From an uncultured Fibrobacterota bacterium (GTDB taxonomy: Bacteria > Fibrobacterota > Chitinivibrionia > Chitinivibrionales > FEN-1185), in NCBI GenBank assembly GCA_963753345.1, contig CAVWBU010000035.1:161302-225301 (forward strand): a stretch of 64,000 bases of DNA. The letters are read 5' to 3'. Position numbers and translations under genes: made by a program. Of the stretch, positions 29,921-40,091 are shown piece by piece; the first letter of the stretch is position 1; each line of letters opens with the position of its first letter. The notes below the pieces were generated by a model that did no database searches, had not been told where the DNA came from, and was given only the letters and a program-made list of their open reading frames with translations.

Positions 29921-30910
29921 CTAGCCGAAATCAACAACGGAAGAATCGCCGAGGTTCAGGGTGATTTTCTTTCCCTTGAGCACCGCGTTCGGGCCGATGA
30001 TGGAGTTCTCCAGAACGCAATCGCTTACCGATGCGTTGTTCTCGACAATGCTGTCCGTGATCTGGCACTTGGTGATTTTCGCGCCTTCGGCGATGGTGAC
30101 GTTCGGCCCGATGATCGACTGGAATATCTCGCATGATTCGTGGATGTTTACCGGCTGTATCACGATATTGTCCTTGAGCATGCGCCGGGGAGTGTGCGAA
30201 TTTGAATTGCGGGGGAGCATGTACCGGTTGGTCGCGAGCAGTGCCTTCATCCCGCCGCAGTCGAACCATCCGTCGATGAGCGCCGTCGTGAAAACATGAC
30301 CATCGTCAATCATCTGCTGAAGCGCATCGGTAAGCTGGTACTCGCGGGCGGTCTTCTTCCTGCCAGCGATCATCGATGCAAGCGTTTTTGCAAGCAGGGC
30401 GCCGTCGCGGATCAGGTACAGGCCCACCACCGCGAGCCCCGATTCGACGTCGGGTTTTTCCACGATCCTAAGAACCCTGCCGTTCTTACCCGTAAAGACG
30501 ATGCCGAACTGCCGGGCGTCGGATTCAAGGTGCTTCACGCCAAGGACCGAGGTTCGCAGACTCGCAAATTTTGTAAGATCGAAATCGAGAATGGTGTCGC
30601 CCAGGATGATAAGAACGGGCGAATGGGTGAAGTACGGAGCGGCGCAGCTGATTGCATGGCCGAGCCCCAGCGGCTCCTTCTGATCCACGAACCGGGTGGG
30701 AAACGTGTAGTTCGATTTGACAAAGGCGCGGATTTTGTCGCCCATGGGCCCGGTGACGAAAATGGCCTCCTCGATTTCTATATTCTTGACGCAATCCAAA
30801 ATGTGGCCCAGAATGGGCTTCCCGGCCACGTGCATGAGAGATTTCGGCGTGGAAAAGGTGTGCGGCTGCAGCCTGGTGCCCATTCCCGCAACAGGAATTA
30901 CTATTTTCAT
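29921..30910 (-). CDS. Sugar-phosphate nucleotidyltransferase (glucose-1-phosphate thymidylyltransferase-like) with hexapeptide tail
   Basis: IPVAGMGTRLQPHT..PKSL, QKEPLGLGHA, LGD, EKP, EYQLTDAL, WFDCG. Confidence 0.9.
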   Translation of the reverse strand: MKIVIPVAGMGTRLQPHTFSTPKSLMHVAGKPILGHILDCVKNIEIEEAIFVTGPMGDKIRAFVKSNYTFPTRFVDQKEPLGLGHAISCAAPYFTHSPVLIILGDTILDFDLTKFASLRTSVLGVKHLESDARQFGIVFTGKNGRVLRIVEKPDVESGLAVVGLYLIRDGALLAKTLASMIAGRKKTAREYQLTDALQQMIDDGHVFTTALIDGWFDCGGMKALLATNRYMLPRNSNSHTPRRMLKDNIVIQPVNIHESCEIFQSIIGPNVTIAEGAKITKCQITDSIVENNASVSDCVLENSIIGPNAVLKGKKITLNLGDSSVVDFG

Positions 30911-31117
30911 TGGGGGAAGAATCCTTTTGTTGGCGATTGTCTTTTGTGCCGTTGGCGGAGAGGAGCCCGAAATCCCTGAAAATCATTGCAACAGCCGGAC
31001 ACGGTCCTTTTTCTTAATATAAGACAAGGAATGCAAGTTTGGGTAAGAATTTGCGGAGGTAATTCCTGTCGGGGTCACCAACTTTTTCACGACAGGTCAA
31101 TACGGAAATAAAGGAAT

Positions 31118-31900
31118 ATGATGCAGGAAATCCTTCAATGCGCCGTTGATGCCGCGAAGGCCGCAGGAGAAATAATGGTCCGTGATTTCCGGACCGTGAC
31201 CGCAACTGAGAAATCCAGGAACAACCTCGTCACCGAGACGGACCTGAAATGCGAAAGCGAAATCGTGTCTATGATCCGGAGCAGATATCCTTCCCATATG
31301 ATACTGGCGGAGGAGCGTCACGAAGACACCGATGTGCTTGCCGACAGGCTCTGGATCATCGATCCGCTCGACGGCACCAACAACTATGCGCACGGCATTC
31401 CGCATTTCTGCGTGTCGATCGCCTACGCCGAGCGCGGCGAGGTGATTGCCGGCGTCGTGCTTGACCCCATGCGCAACGAACTGTTTACCGCAACGCGAGG
31501 GGGCGGCGCCTTTCTCAACGGAGAGAGGATGTCGGTATCAGGGACAGAGCGTGTATCGGCATCGATCATCACCACCGGGTTTTATTACGACCGCGGCGCA
31601 ATGATGGAAAGAACGCTTGACACAATCCATTCCCTGTTTGGGGCCAATATCCGCGGCGTCCGCCGCCTGGGCAGCGCGGCACTTGACCTGTGCTGGGTCG
31701 CGTGCGGGAGGTTCGACGGCTACTTCGAGTACCGGCTCTCGCCCTGGGATTTTGCCGCAGGCATGCTTCTGGTGCGGGAAGCGGGGGGAAGATGTTCCGA
31801 CCGCGAAGGGATGGAATTGAGGTTGACATCAAAGAGTGTTGTCGCGTCGAATGGAAGAATTCACGATGAGTTTTTAAGAATTGTAAAGTGGAAGGAATAA
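31118..31900 (+). CDS. suhB: Inositol monophosphatase family protein
   Basis: LVTETD, AEE, WIIDPLDGTNNY, RRLGSAALDLCWVACGRFDG, PWDFAAG. Confidence 0.93.
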   Translation: MMQEILQCAVDAAKAAGEIMVRDFRTVTATEKSRNNLVTETDLKCESEIVSMIRSRYPSHMILAEERHEDTDVLADRLWIIDPLDGTNNYAHGIPHFCVSIAYAERGEVIAGVVLDPMRNELFTATRGGGAFLNGERMSVSGTERVSASIITTGFYYDRGAMMERTLDTIHSLFGANIRGVRRLGSAALDLCWVACGRFDGYFEYRLSPWDFAAGMLLVREAGGRCSDREGMELRLTSKSVVASNGRIHDEFLRIVKWKE

Positions 31901-31931
31901 AAAGTCGGGGATTCAGCTCTCACAGGGCAAC

Positions 31932-31958
31932 AAAAGAGGGCCCGCTGATGCGGGCCCT
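31932..31958 (-). terminator. Hairpin terminator between convergent suhB and frr
   Basis: agggcccgc tgat gcgggccct stem with a short T-run on the - strand. Confidence 0.65.
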
Positions 31959-31987
31959 TATGTATCTGCAAATCAACCATAAAGAAT

Positions 31988-32557
31988 TTACAACTCCATT
32001 ATTTCCTTTTCCTTCACGACAAGCAGGTCATCAATCGACTTGACATACTTGTCGGTCAGTTTCTGAACTTCGTCCTGGCCCTTCTTGCTCTCGTCCTGGG
32101 TCGCCTGCTTGTCTTTTTCCGCCTTCTTGAGCTTCTCGTTGGAATCGCGGCGGATGTTGCGCACCGCAACCTTGCAGTCTTCGCTTATCTTCTTGCAATG
32201 TTTGAAAAGTTCGGCCCTGCGCTCCTCGGAGAGCGGCGGAATGGGCAGCCGGATCACGTTGCCGTCGTTGAGCGGGTTGAGGCCGAGGTCCGAGGCCTGG
32301 ATCGCCTTTTCGATGGGGCCGAGCATGCTTTTTTCCCAGGGCTGGATCATGATCATGCGCGCGTCGGGTATCGAGATCGCCGCGGTCTGGCTCACGGGCA
32401 TGGGCGAACCATAGTAATCGACGGTGATGCCGTCGAGCAGCGACGCGCTCGCGCGTCCCGTGCGGACGCGCGAAAAATCTTTTTTGAGAGTGTCGATGGA
32501 TTTCTTCATCCGCTGGTCCGATTCCGTAAACACCGTGTTTGCAAGACCCATGCTCAT
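31988..32557 (-). CDS. frr: Ribosome recycling factor
   Basis: RTGRAS..LLD.I.VDYYG, PPLSEERR, KVAVRNIRRD, KEKEIMEL. Confidence 0.97.
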   Translation of the reverse strand: MSMGLANTVFTESDQRMKKSIDTLKKDFSRVRTGRASASLLDGITVDYYGSPMPVSQTAAISIPDARMIMIQPWEKSMLGPIEKAIQASDLGLNPLNDGNVIRLPIPPLSEERRAELFKHCKKISEDCKVAVRNIRRDSNEKLKKAEKDKQATQDESKKGQDEVQKLTDKYVKSIDDLLVVKEKEIMEL

Positions 32558-33270
32558 TCTCCCTTTTTGACAATGGTACCGATCGGCGAGCCTTCGACGC
32601 ATTTGCGGAGGTTGCCGCGTTCGAGCAGCTTGAAAACCATGATGGGGATATTGTTCTCCATGCACAGCGACAGCGCGGTGGCGTCCATCACCCTGAGGTT
32701 CTTTGCGAGCGCCTCGGCGTGGGTGATGGAGGCGAATTTCTTTGCCGCGGGGTTTGTTGCCGGGTCGCTGTCGTACACGCCGTCGACCTTGGTTGCCTTC
32801 AGGAGAATCTCAGCCTTGATCTCGGCGCACCGCAGCGCGGCGGCAGTATCTGTTGTAAAGAAGGGGTTTCCGGTGCCGCCGGCGACGATGACGACCTTTC
32901 CCGATTCGAGGCGCCGTATGGCCGATTCGGCAACAAAGTAGTCCGCGGCTTTCGGAATGGGAACGGAGCTCATGACGCAGGCGGGGCACCTCTTTCTTGC
33001 AAGGTGCTCCTTGAGAAAAAGGGAGTTGATGACGGTGGCCATCATGCCGATAGTGTCGGCAGCGGCCCGGTCGAGGTCCTTTGCAGCGGCGCCGCGGAAG
33101 ATGTTCCCGCCGCCGATCACCACGCCGACCTGGACGCCGGCGTCGCAGACTTCCTTGATCTCGGCAGCAATGCGGTCGGCGATTTCGTTGTCCATGCCGA
33201 ATCCCTTGCCGCCCGCGAGAACTTCGCCGGACAGCTTGAGAAGGATCCTCTTGTACACGGGTTTCAGCAT
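32554..33270 (-). CDS. pyrH: Uridylate kinase
   Basis: KRILLKLSGE, GGGNIFRG, GTGNPFFTTDTAAALR, VMDATA. Confidence 0.97.
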   Translation of the reverse strand: MLKPVYKRILLKLSGEVLAGGKGFGMDNEIADRIAAEIKEVCDAGVQVGVVIGGGNIFRGAAAKDLDRAAADTIGMMATVINSLFLKEHLARKRCPACVMSSVPIPKAADYFVAESAIRRLESGKVVIVAGGTGNPFFTTDTAAALRCAEIKAEILLKATKVDGVYDSDPATNPAAKKFASITHAEALAKNLRVMDATALSLCMENNIPIMVFKLLERGNLRKCVEGSPIGTIVKKGE

Positions 33271-33294
33271 GATCGTCTCACCGCGGACTGCCGG

Positions 33295-34185
33295 CTATTC
33301 CTCTGCTCCCAATTCGAAACGGACGAAGGAAACAACCCGGATCGCGGTATTTGCCGCCTTCTCCGCTTCCTTTATCCTGTCGGACACCGTGCGGTCAGGG
33401 TCGCGGATGTACGCCTGATCGATAAGCGCGGAGTCTTTGTAGAACTTCTCGAGTTTTCCTTCGACGATCTTGGGCCAGACCTTTTCGGGCTTGCCCGATG
33501 TCTGCGCCTGAGTAAAATAAATTTCCTTTTCCTTCTCGACAAGAGTCGCGAGGTTTTTGTTGATTGCATCGCGGTCGACGGCGAGCGGGTTTGCCGCGGC
33601 CACCTGCATCGCCAGCTCCTTGCCGAGATCCGCGGCCGGCGCCGAATTCGCCGCCTCCGCAGTCGCACAGGAAAGCCTCACCAGCACGCCGATCCTGCCC
33701 TCGCCGTGGATATAGGAGAAAATCCTCTCGAAAGCGCCGGAAACCGTTTCCTTGCGGTAACGGCGGAAGGAAATGTTCTCGCCGATCTTGCCCACCAGTT
33801 CGAGCACCCGCGCCTCGGCGGTGATGCCGCCGAACACATCGGACGACAGCGACCGCGCCGCGGCAATGTCGGCAGGCTTGTGCGCCAGCAGGGCTTTGCC
33901 GAGGTTTGCGATGAAGGAGAGAAAATCGTCGTTCTTCGAGACAAAATCGGTTTCGGAATTCACTTCGTACACGATGCTGTCGGTTACGTCGGAAACGATC
34001 GCTATTTTTCCCTGTTTGGCTGCCTTGCCTGCGCGTTTTGCCGCCGTGACCTGGCCCTGCTTGCGGAGCGATTCTATGGCAAGGGTCATATCGCCCTTGG
34101 ATTCCATAAGCGCCTTTTTGCAGAGCATCATGCCCAGGCCGGTCTTTTCGCGGAGTTCCTTCACAACGGTTGCAGTTATTTCCAT
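33295..34185 (-). CDS. tsf: Elongation factor Ts
   Basis: VKELREKTGLGMMLCKKAL, EVNSETDFV, YIH, AMQVAA, FVRFELG. Confidence 0.97.
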   Translation of the reverse strand: MEITATVVKELREKTGLGMMLCKKALMESKGDMTLAIESLRKQGQVTAAKRAGKAAKQGKIAIVSDVTDSIVYEVNSETDFVSKNDDFLSFIANLGKALLAHKPADIAAARSLSSDVFGGITAEARVLELVGKIGENISFRRYRKETVSGAFERIFSYIHGEGRIGVLVRLSCATAEAANSAPAADLGKELAMQVAAANPLAVDRDAINKNLATLVEKEKEIYFTQAQTSGKPEKVWPKIVEGKLEKFYKDSALIDQAYIRDPDRTVSDRIKEAEKAANTAIRVVSFVRFELGAEE

Positions 34186-34194
34186 GGAATTCTC

Positions 34195-35064
34195 CTATTC
34201 CTCCTCAACGAACTTGGTTATTCTCTTGCGAACGATACGGTGCGCCTTAGCAGGCCCGCCTTCGCTTCCCTTGACAGTTTCCACCACATCGGTGCCTTCG
34301 AGCAGTTCGGCAATCTCCTCCACGGCCTCCGGCGCGGTCAGTTCCGGCTTCTCCGGTTTCTCCGATTCCTCTACCGCAATCACGGGGCCGCCCGCTTCGA
34401 TGATGGTGTCGGCAACGGTTCTTGTGATAAGCTGCACCGACTTTATGGCATCGTCGTTGCCCGGGATCGGATAGTCGATTTCGTCGGGATCGCAATTCGT
34501 ATCGACGATGGCGCCGATGGGAATCTTAAGACGGCGCGCCTCGGCAATGGCGATCTGTTCCTTTATGGTGTCGACGACAAAAGCCACGCGCGGCAGTTTC
34601 GTGAGCGTGCGGACGCCGCTGAGGAGCACGAGCAGCTTTTCCTTCGTCTTTGCCAGCGCCTGTACTTCTTTTTTGGGAAGCGCCTCCATGGTACCGTCTT
34701 TTTCCATGGATTCTATTTTATCAAGCTTTGCGATGCTTTGGCGTATGGTCTGGAAGTTGGTGAGCATGCCGCCCAGCCAGCGTTCGGTTACGTAGGGCAT
34801 GTTGCAGCGCGTGGCTTCCTCGCGGATGCAGTCTTTGATCTGCTTCTTGGTTCCCACGAAAAGAACGCGGCCGCCGCGCTTCACCTCTTCGCGCACGCGG
34901 TCGAGGTACTTGTCGAGGCCGTGGAGCGTCTTGTTGAGGTCGATGATGTAAATGCCGTTTCTCGGGCACAGAATGAAACGCTGCATTTTCGGGTTCCAGC
35001 GTTTGGTCTGATGGCCGAAGTGGGTCCCTGCTTCAAGCAGGTCCTGCAGAGTGAGAGAGGACAT
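34195..35064 (-). CDS. rpsB: 30S ribosomal protein S2
   Basis: [41 protein letters not shown]. Confidence 0.98.
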   Translation of the reverse strand: MSSLTLQDLLEAGTHFGHQTKRWNPKMQRFILCPRNGIYIIDLNKTLHGLDKYLDRVREEVKRGGRVLFVGTKKQIKDCIREEATRCNMPYVTERWLGGMLTNFQTIRQSIAKLDKIESMEKDGTMEALPKKEVQALAKTKEKLLVLLSGVRTLTKLPRVAFVVDTIKEQIAIAEARRLKIPIGAIVDTNCDPDEIDYPIPGNDDAIKSVQLITRTVADTIIEAGGPVIAVEESEKPEKPELTAPEAVEEIAELLEGTDVVETVKGSEGGPAKAHRIVRKRITKFVEEE

Positions 35065-35084
35065 GAAGAACTCCTTTTGAAATT

Positions 35085-35172
35085 GGGTTTACCCGCCACG
35101 GTGCTCCAAACGCAAAAGATGACCCTCCCCGGAAGGGGAGGGCACCCGTCTTTTGCTTGCCCCGTGTGTGAA
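35085..35172 (-). promoter_or_regulatory. rpsB 5' leader (t44-like S2 autoregulatory RNA)
   Basis: rc cacacacggg..gggtgccctcccc ttcc ggggagggtc..tggagc..gggtaaaccc directly upstream of rpsB; recalls the t44 leader motifs CACACAC/GGGUGCC/AACCC. Confidence 0.65.
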
Positions 35173-35196
35173 ATGAATATGTGAAGGAAAAAGAAA

Positions 35197-35586
35197 TCAA
35201 CGTTTCGAAAACTGGAACCGCCTGCGGGCTCCTGCCTGACCGTACTTTTTCCGCTCGACAACGCGGGAGTCTCGGGTGACAAGCCCCTTCTTGCGGAGCT
35301 GCTTTCGGTACTCTTCGCTTATCTTGGCCAGTGCGCGGGAAATTCCCAGCCTGATCGCGCCGGCCTGACCGCTCAAGCCGCCGCCCAGCACATGCGCAAC
35401 CATGTCGTACGAGGTCCCCACCGCGAGCAACTCGAACGGCTGCTCGACATCGAGCATGAGAACTTCGCTTTTGAGATACTCCTTGATGGGAATGCCGTTG
35501 ACAACTCTTTCGCCTTTTCCCGGCTTGAGAATGACGCTGGCGATGGCCGTCTTTCTCTTTCCGGTGGCGGAGAACATGTTTTCCAA
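35197..35586 (-). CDS. rpsI: 30S ribosomal protein S9
   Basis: TGKRKTAIA, GGGLSGQAGAIRLGISRAL, ERKKYG..ARRRFQFSKR. Confidence 0.98.
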   Translation of the reverse strand: MENMFSATGKRKTAIASVILKPGKGERVVNGIPIKEYLKSEVLMLDVEQPFELLAVGTSYDMVAHVLGGGLSGQAGAIRLGISRALAKISEEYRKQLRKKGLVTRDSRVVERKKYGQAGARRRFQFSKR

Positions 35587-35626
35587 AGCAGGGATCTCCT
35601 TAATATAGAATTAAAGTAATCGGTTT

Positions 35627-36055
35627 CTAAAGGGGAAGTTCTTTGGGTTTCTGAGCGGTGTGGGGATGCGCCGCGGCCCTGTATACGTGAAGCTTCCGGA
35701 TAATGGACCTTCCGAGTTTGTTCTTCGGGATCATGCCCCGCACCGCATGAATAATCACCTGGGTTGAATCCTGTTTCATCTGCTGTTTGAGGGGACGTTC
35801 TCGTTTCCCGCCCGGATACATTGAGTGGCGGAAATAGACCTTAAGTTCCGGCTTGGTGCCGGTAAACCTGGCCTTGTCGGCATTGATTACAATAACGTGG
35901 TCTCCGTGATCCTGGTTGGGTGAATAGGCGACTTTGTTTTTTCCCATGAGAACCTGGGCGAGAACCGATGCGAGGCGGCCCACAACTTTATTCGCGGCAT
36001 CAACCACGTACCAATCGTGGCTGATGTCGTTGGTGTTTACGACGACTGTTTTCAT
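35627..36055 (-). CDS. rplM: 50S ribosomal protein L13
   Basis: WYVVDA..VVGRLAS, GKNK, DHGDHVIVINA, HSMYPGG, AVRGMIPKNKLGR. Confidence 0.97.
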   Translation of the reverse strand: MKTVVVNTNDISHDWYVVDAANKVVGRLASVLAQVLMGKNKVAYSPNQDHGDHVIVINADKARFTGTKPELKVYFRHSMYPGGKRERPLKQQMKQDSTQVIIHAVRGMIPKNKLGRSIIRKLHVYRAAAHPHTAQKPKELPL

Positions 36056-36192
36056 TCGATTCACGCACTCCGTCGAAAATAAACGTTTTGGCTCAGAATA
36101 GTGCCTCGTAATATATAACATAGAAGAATTATGTGTCAATATGTATATTACTACCCTCGATTTTTCCGCAGAAAGGCGTTGCAGCCCGGCTC

Positions 36193-37128
36193 ATGATCCG
36201 AGAATTCCACCACGAAGACTTTCTTCCACTTTCGTCGCTGGCGAAGAAAAAGCAAGCCTCCCGCACCACGGTAAGCCTCGTTATTCCCACGCTCAATGAG
36301 GCCGCGACCGTGGGCACTATACTGCTCAAAGCAAAAGAAGATCTCCAGGAAGACGTTCCTCTGCTCGACGAGATCATTGTGATGGACAGCGATTCGTCGG
36401 ACGGCACCGCCCGCATCGCCCGTGATGCCGGCGCGACGGTGTACAATGTCCGGGACGTAGTGCCGCACCATCGTGTTCCCCCCGGCAAGGGGAGTGCCCT
36501 TTGGAAAGCGCAATTTGTCGCGGCCGGTAACGTTATCGTGTGCGTTGACGCGGACATTCGCAATTTTCAGTCGCACTTCGTGTACGGGCTTATCGGGCCG
36601 TTTCTCGTTGACCCCGACATCATCTTTGCAAAGGCATTCTACGACCGACCGCTTGTGATCAACGATCAGACGTTTGAAAACTACGGGGGCAGGGTCACCG
36701 AGATTCTCGTGCGTCCCCTGTTGTGCGCATTTATGCCCCAGCTTGCCGCCATTTACCAGCCTCTGTCCGGAGAGTATGCGTTCAGACGAAAACCGGTAGA
36801 GACTATCTCCTTTTCCTCCGGCTATGGAGTCGAAATCGGATTGATTTTCGATATCAGCCGCACGTTCGGCCTTTCCCGATTTGTCCAGGTTGACATGGGA
36901 ACGAGGTGTCATAGAAACCGTCCCGTGGGCGACCTTTCCCGAATGGCGCTCGGCATCATCCAGACGCTGTTTAAGAAGCTCGAGAAGGAAAACGTGCTTT
37001 CGCTCAAGACGCCGATCGGGACCACCATGATTACCCGTGGCACGCACGGGATGGAGCACTGCACCATCAGCGAGGTAGAGCTCCCCAGCAAAGAATCGAT
37101 ATCCGGCCAGCACCATCCGGCCTTGTAA
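36193..37128 (+). CDS. gpgS: Glucosyl-3-phosphoglycerate synthase (GT81)
   Basis: SLVIPTLNEAATVG, DSDSSDGT, GKGSALW, DAD, GGRVTEILVRP, QPLSGEYA, GYGVEIG, R.HRN. Confidence 0.85.
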   Translation: MIREFHHEDFLPLSSLAKKKQASRTTVSLVIPTLNEAATVGTILLKAKEDLQEDVPLLDEIIVMDSDSSDGTARIARDAGATVYNVRDVVPHHRVPPGKGSALWKAQFVAAGNVIVCVDADIRNFQSHFVYGLIGPFLVDPDIIFAKAFYDRPLVINDQTFENYGGRVTEILVRPLLCAFMPQLAAIYQPLSGEYAFRRKPVETISFSSGYGVEIGLIFDISRTFGLSRFVQVDMGTRCHRNRPVGDLSRMALGIIQTLFKKLEKENVLSLKTPIGTTMITRGTHGMEHCTISEVELPSKESISGQHHPAL

Positions 37129-37172
37129 AAAAAGTTTTTAGGTTTGGTCGGCCACAACTGAAGAGCATCACC

Positions 37173-37643
37173 GTGTCCTTTTCAATCGACATTGTTGCAT
37201 TTCGCAGGAAAGGCGACCCCTTTGACGAGGAGATAGAGAGGTACTGCACACTGTGCAAACCCTATGCACGGGTCACGGTGACCTGCCTGAGGTCGCCGGT
37301 CGGTGCATCGTTTCCGAAACACGAACTGCTTGAGGTTGAAGCGAAAATAGCCCTGGCCAGGATCCATCCGAATTCGGTGTGCGTTGCACTTTCCGAAGAG
37401 GGAAAATGCTTTCCCGGCAGCACGGCTTTTGCAAAATGGCTTTCCAGAAAAATGCAGAGCGGAAGGCCGATCACGTTTGTGCTCGGAGGCCCGTACGGGC
37501 TTTCCCCCCGGTTCAAGCAGTCGTGCGCGGAAGTGATAAGCCTGTCGCCGCTCACTTTTACGCATAAACTTGCTCTTGCGGTTCTCCTCGAACAGGTTTA
37601 CAGGGCATTTACTATATTACGGAACCATCCTTACCATAAATAG
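37173..37643 (+). CDS. rlmH: 23S rRNA m3Psi1915 methyltransferase
   Basis: FVLGGPYG, SLSPLTFTH, LLEQVYRAFTI..HPYHK. Confidence 0.93.
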   Translation: MSFSIDIVAFRRKGDPFDEEIERYCTLCKPYARVTVTCLRSPVGASFPKHELLEVEAKIALARIHPNSVCVALSEEGKCFPGSTAFAKWLSRKMQSGRPITFVLGGPYGLSPRFKQSCAEVISLSPLTFTHKLALAVLLEQVYRAFTILRNHPYHK

Positions 37644-37658
37644 GGGATACCTACGAGA

Positions 37659-38066
37659 ATGTCCGGCCATGCAGGGGAACAATTATTTCTCAAACAGAAT
37701 GGAGGCGTGGGCGTCCGGATTGTCCTGATCGTTGCCTCGCTGGCAGTGGTTGCCGCGGCGATCTCCTGGTTTCTCATTAGCGGTCAGTCCGACGAGGCGG
37801 TGCTTAACCGGAAAGCTTCGGAAATATGCGAATACGGTCTCTTGCAGGCGCTCGCTCACCTGAAGGAGAATCCCTCGTGGACCGGAGAATTGCCCCGCAC
37901 TGACTACGAAGGCGGGTGGTTTTCCGCCACAGCGAAAGCCCGGAAAAGCGGGGAGATCTTGTTTCTCGATATTGAATCGATTGGGCACATCGGATCCGTG
38001 CTGAGGAAACAGGAGTGTGTTCTCCATCTCACCGATTCGGGGTGGGTCCGGCAAAGCGTCAAGTAG
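37659..38066 (+). CDS. Hypothetical membrane protein, PilX/minor-pilin-like N-terminus
   Basis: KQNG followed by a hydrophobic helix and A..ICEYGLLQA; upstream of pilM. Confidence 0.5.
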   Translation: MSGHAGEQLFLKQNGGVGVRIVLIVASLAVVAAAISWFLISGQSDEAVLNRKASEICEYGLLQALAHLKENPSWTGELPRTDYEGGWFSATAKARKSGEILFLDIESIGHIGSVLRKQECVLHLTDSGWVRQSVK

Positions 38067-38111
38067 TCTGCGCGCAGTACGTCGTTTTTAATGCACAGTG
38101 TTCCTTCGGCA

Positions 38112-38135
38112 GCCCGACCTTCGGGCGTTTTTTTT
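38112..38135 (+). terminator. Intrinsic terminator
   Basis: gcccga cct tcgggc followed by eight T. Confidence 0.75.
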
Positions 38136-38199
38136 CGATTCCCATTTGTTAACATCATGTCGATTGTCGGTTTCGCGCCGGAATTTGTCACCCCGGAGG

Positions 38200-38246
38200 C
38201 TACAACATATTGTGGGCGGCTGCCCTGATGTGATGATATATGGTGT
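38200..38246. promoter_or_regulatory. Tandem NrdR-box-like sites upstream of pilM
   Basis: ctaCaAcATaTtGtgg (38200-38215) and tgatgAtATaTgGtgt (38231-38246) versus consensus acaCwAtATaTwGtg; 31 bp apart. Confidence 0.55.
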
Positions 38247-38281
38247 ATCCATTTTTTTTTGTTTTTTTAATGATTTTTTTC

Positions 38282-38312
38282 TTGACAATTTTTTGAAAAC
38301 TTGGTAGATATT
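38282..38312 (+). promoter_or_regulatory. Putative sigma70 promoter of the pil operon
   Basis: TTGACA, 17 bp spacer, TG.TAGATA. Confidence 0.5.
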
Positions 38313-38412
38313 AGATAGGTAACCCCGAAAAAAATTGAAAGTTAGGAGGATTGCCTCATTTTAGTTCTTAAGTGATTCGGTGTAATAAGCTATTTTTAGG
38401 GCAGTAACAAAT

Positions 38413-39480
38413 ATGAATATACTCCAAAGATTCAGAGGTGAAAACAGCACCGCGGGACTGGACCTTGGCAACCATTCCCTCAAGCTCGTTAAGATCCTCC
38501 ACAAGAAAGACGGATACCATCTCCAGGCAGCCGGGATACGGGAACTTCCTCCCGGCACCATCGAAGGCAGCGAGATAAAGAACCGCGATGCCCTTATCGA
38601 CAATATAACGACGCTCATAAACAACTGCGATCCGTCGATTGTTGAAGTCGCCATTTCGATGTCGGGGCACGGAATCATTTCCGACAAAGTGACGTTCAAG
38701 ATAGATCCGAATGAAAATGCAGAGGAGATGATTCTGTGGGAGGCCGGCCAGCGCAGCCCTTTTGACGTGGACGACATAACGCTTGACTACAAGATTCTCC
38801 ATCGCAAGGCGGAAACAGGCGAGGCAGAGGTGCTCCTCGTTGCCGCCAAGAACCAGATCATGCAGAGTTACATCGATCTGTTGTATGAAGCGGGCCTCAA
38901 GCCCATCATTGTTGACGTGGTTTCATTTGCAATGAACAACTGCTTCGCCCTCGAAAGCGGGAGCAATCCTGAAACCGGCATTGTTGCGCTTGTGAACATA
39001 GGACACAATCTCACCAACGTTACCTTCATCAAGGACGGTGTGTACCATTCGTCCCGCGATATTTCAACGGCGTGCGATTTTTACGCTAAGACGCTCCAGC
39101 GGAACCTGGGCGTTGGCGCCGAAGAAGCCATCAACATTCTCAAGGGGCGCACCAACCAGTCGCTTGATGCGAATTCCCTGCGCCAGAGCCTCGACTATGC
39201 TTCGGAGGAACTTTCCACCGGAATAGATCTTGCCTTCTCGTATTTCAAAACTTCCGAGAAGAGCGACGTGATTAATAAGATTGTATTAAGCGGCGGCGGC
39301 GCTTACATCCCCAATATTGCCTCGATCCTGGAAAAGCGCCACCAGACCACGGTGCAGATTTCCAACCCCATGGCCTTCCTCGAATACGATCAGGCCAGAT
39401 TCGGGGGGTTTGATCCGAGGAAGTTCTCCGCGCTTTTCACGGTGGCCGTCGGCCTTGGTCTACGGAAGGTGGCCGACTGA
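38413..39480 (+). CDS. pilM: Type IV pilus assembly protein PilM
   Basis: Actin-like GLDLGNHSLKLV, VLLVAAK, AGLKPIIVDV, LVNIG, IVLSGGGA, VAVGLGLR. Confidence 0.93.
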   Translation: MNILQRFRGENSTAGLDLGNHSLKLVKILHKKDGYHLQAAGIRELPPGTIEGSEIKNRDALIDNITTLINNCDPSIVEVAISMSGHGIISDKVTFKIDPNENAEEMILWEAGQRSPFDVDDITLDYKILHRKAETGEAEVLLVAAKNQIMQSYIDLLYEAGLKPIIVDVVSFAMNNCFALESGSNPETGIVALVNIGHNLTNVTFIKDGVYHSSRDISTACDFYAKTLQRNLGVGAEEAINILKGRTNQSLDANSLRQSLDYASEELSTGIDLAFSYFKTSEKSDVINKIVLSGGGAYIPNIASILEKRHQTTVQISNPMAFLEYDQARFGGFDPRKFSALFTVAVGLGLRKVAD

Positions 39481-40082
39481 TGATAGAACGCGTAGAAATT
39501 AACCTACTCCCTGCCGAGTACCGAGTTCACAAACAGGGTATCCGTCTTTCGAGAGACATATTCTACCCGGTCCTCGGCCTGCTCATTATTTTTGCCCTGG
39601 TCGCCGGCTATACCTTCGGCCTCAATGCACAGATCGTCCAACGCAAGAATGATATCGCAAATGTTGAGAGCATGATAAAGGCCAACAATTACATAAAAGA
39701 ACAAATCACCAAACTCAAGGCGGACCGGGCGGTGATCCAGGAAAAAATCATGGCGCTTGAGCGAATCAATGTCAACAGGGAAAAATGGGTGCGGCTCATG
39801 GAAATCATGTGCCAGCGGCTGCCCGATTTCACGTGGCTGGTTTCCATAGACGAACGGGACCTGACCCCCCCGGTGCTCGGCCTTGACGGAAGGACCCTGT
39901 CATTTCCCGAAGTTGCCAATTTCATGTCAAGGCTCTCGGAAAGCAATTACATTCGCGGCGTCGATCTGTCGGGGATCCAGGAAGTCGCGGGAGCGGTGAA
40001 GATGTTCCAGTTCAACCTTTCGTGCACCATTAATCCGGACGCCCAGCTGAAGGATACTGTTGCAGCCAAGGCTGCACGGTAG
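39480..40082 (+). CDS. pilN: Type IV pilus assembly protein PilN
   Basis: EINLLP motif, TM helix, coiled coil, LPDFTWL, VANFMSRL. Confidence 0.9.
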   Translation: MIERVEINLLPAEYRVHKQGIRLSRDIFYPVLGLLIIFALVAGYTFGLNAQIVQRKNDIANVESMIKANNYIKEQITKLKADRAVIQEKIMALERINVNREKWVRLMEIMCQRLPDFTWLVSIDERDLTPPVLGLDGRTLSFPEVANFMSRLSESNYIRGVDLSGIQEVAGAVKMFQFNLSCTINPDAQLKDTVAAKAAR

Positions 40083-40091
40083 AGGACCGCC

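Noticed and set aside
32539-35184. 881 aa + strand ORF, and similar long ORFs at 44359-46215, 5888-7633 and 1483-2748
   Set aside because: Antisense shadows of genuine high-GC genes, with no recognisable motifs.
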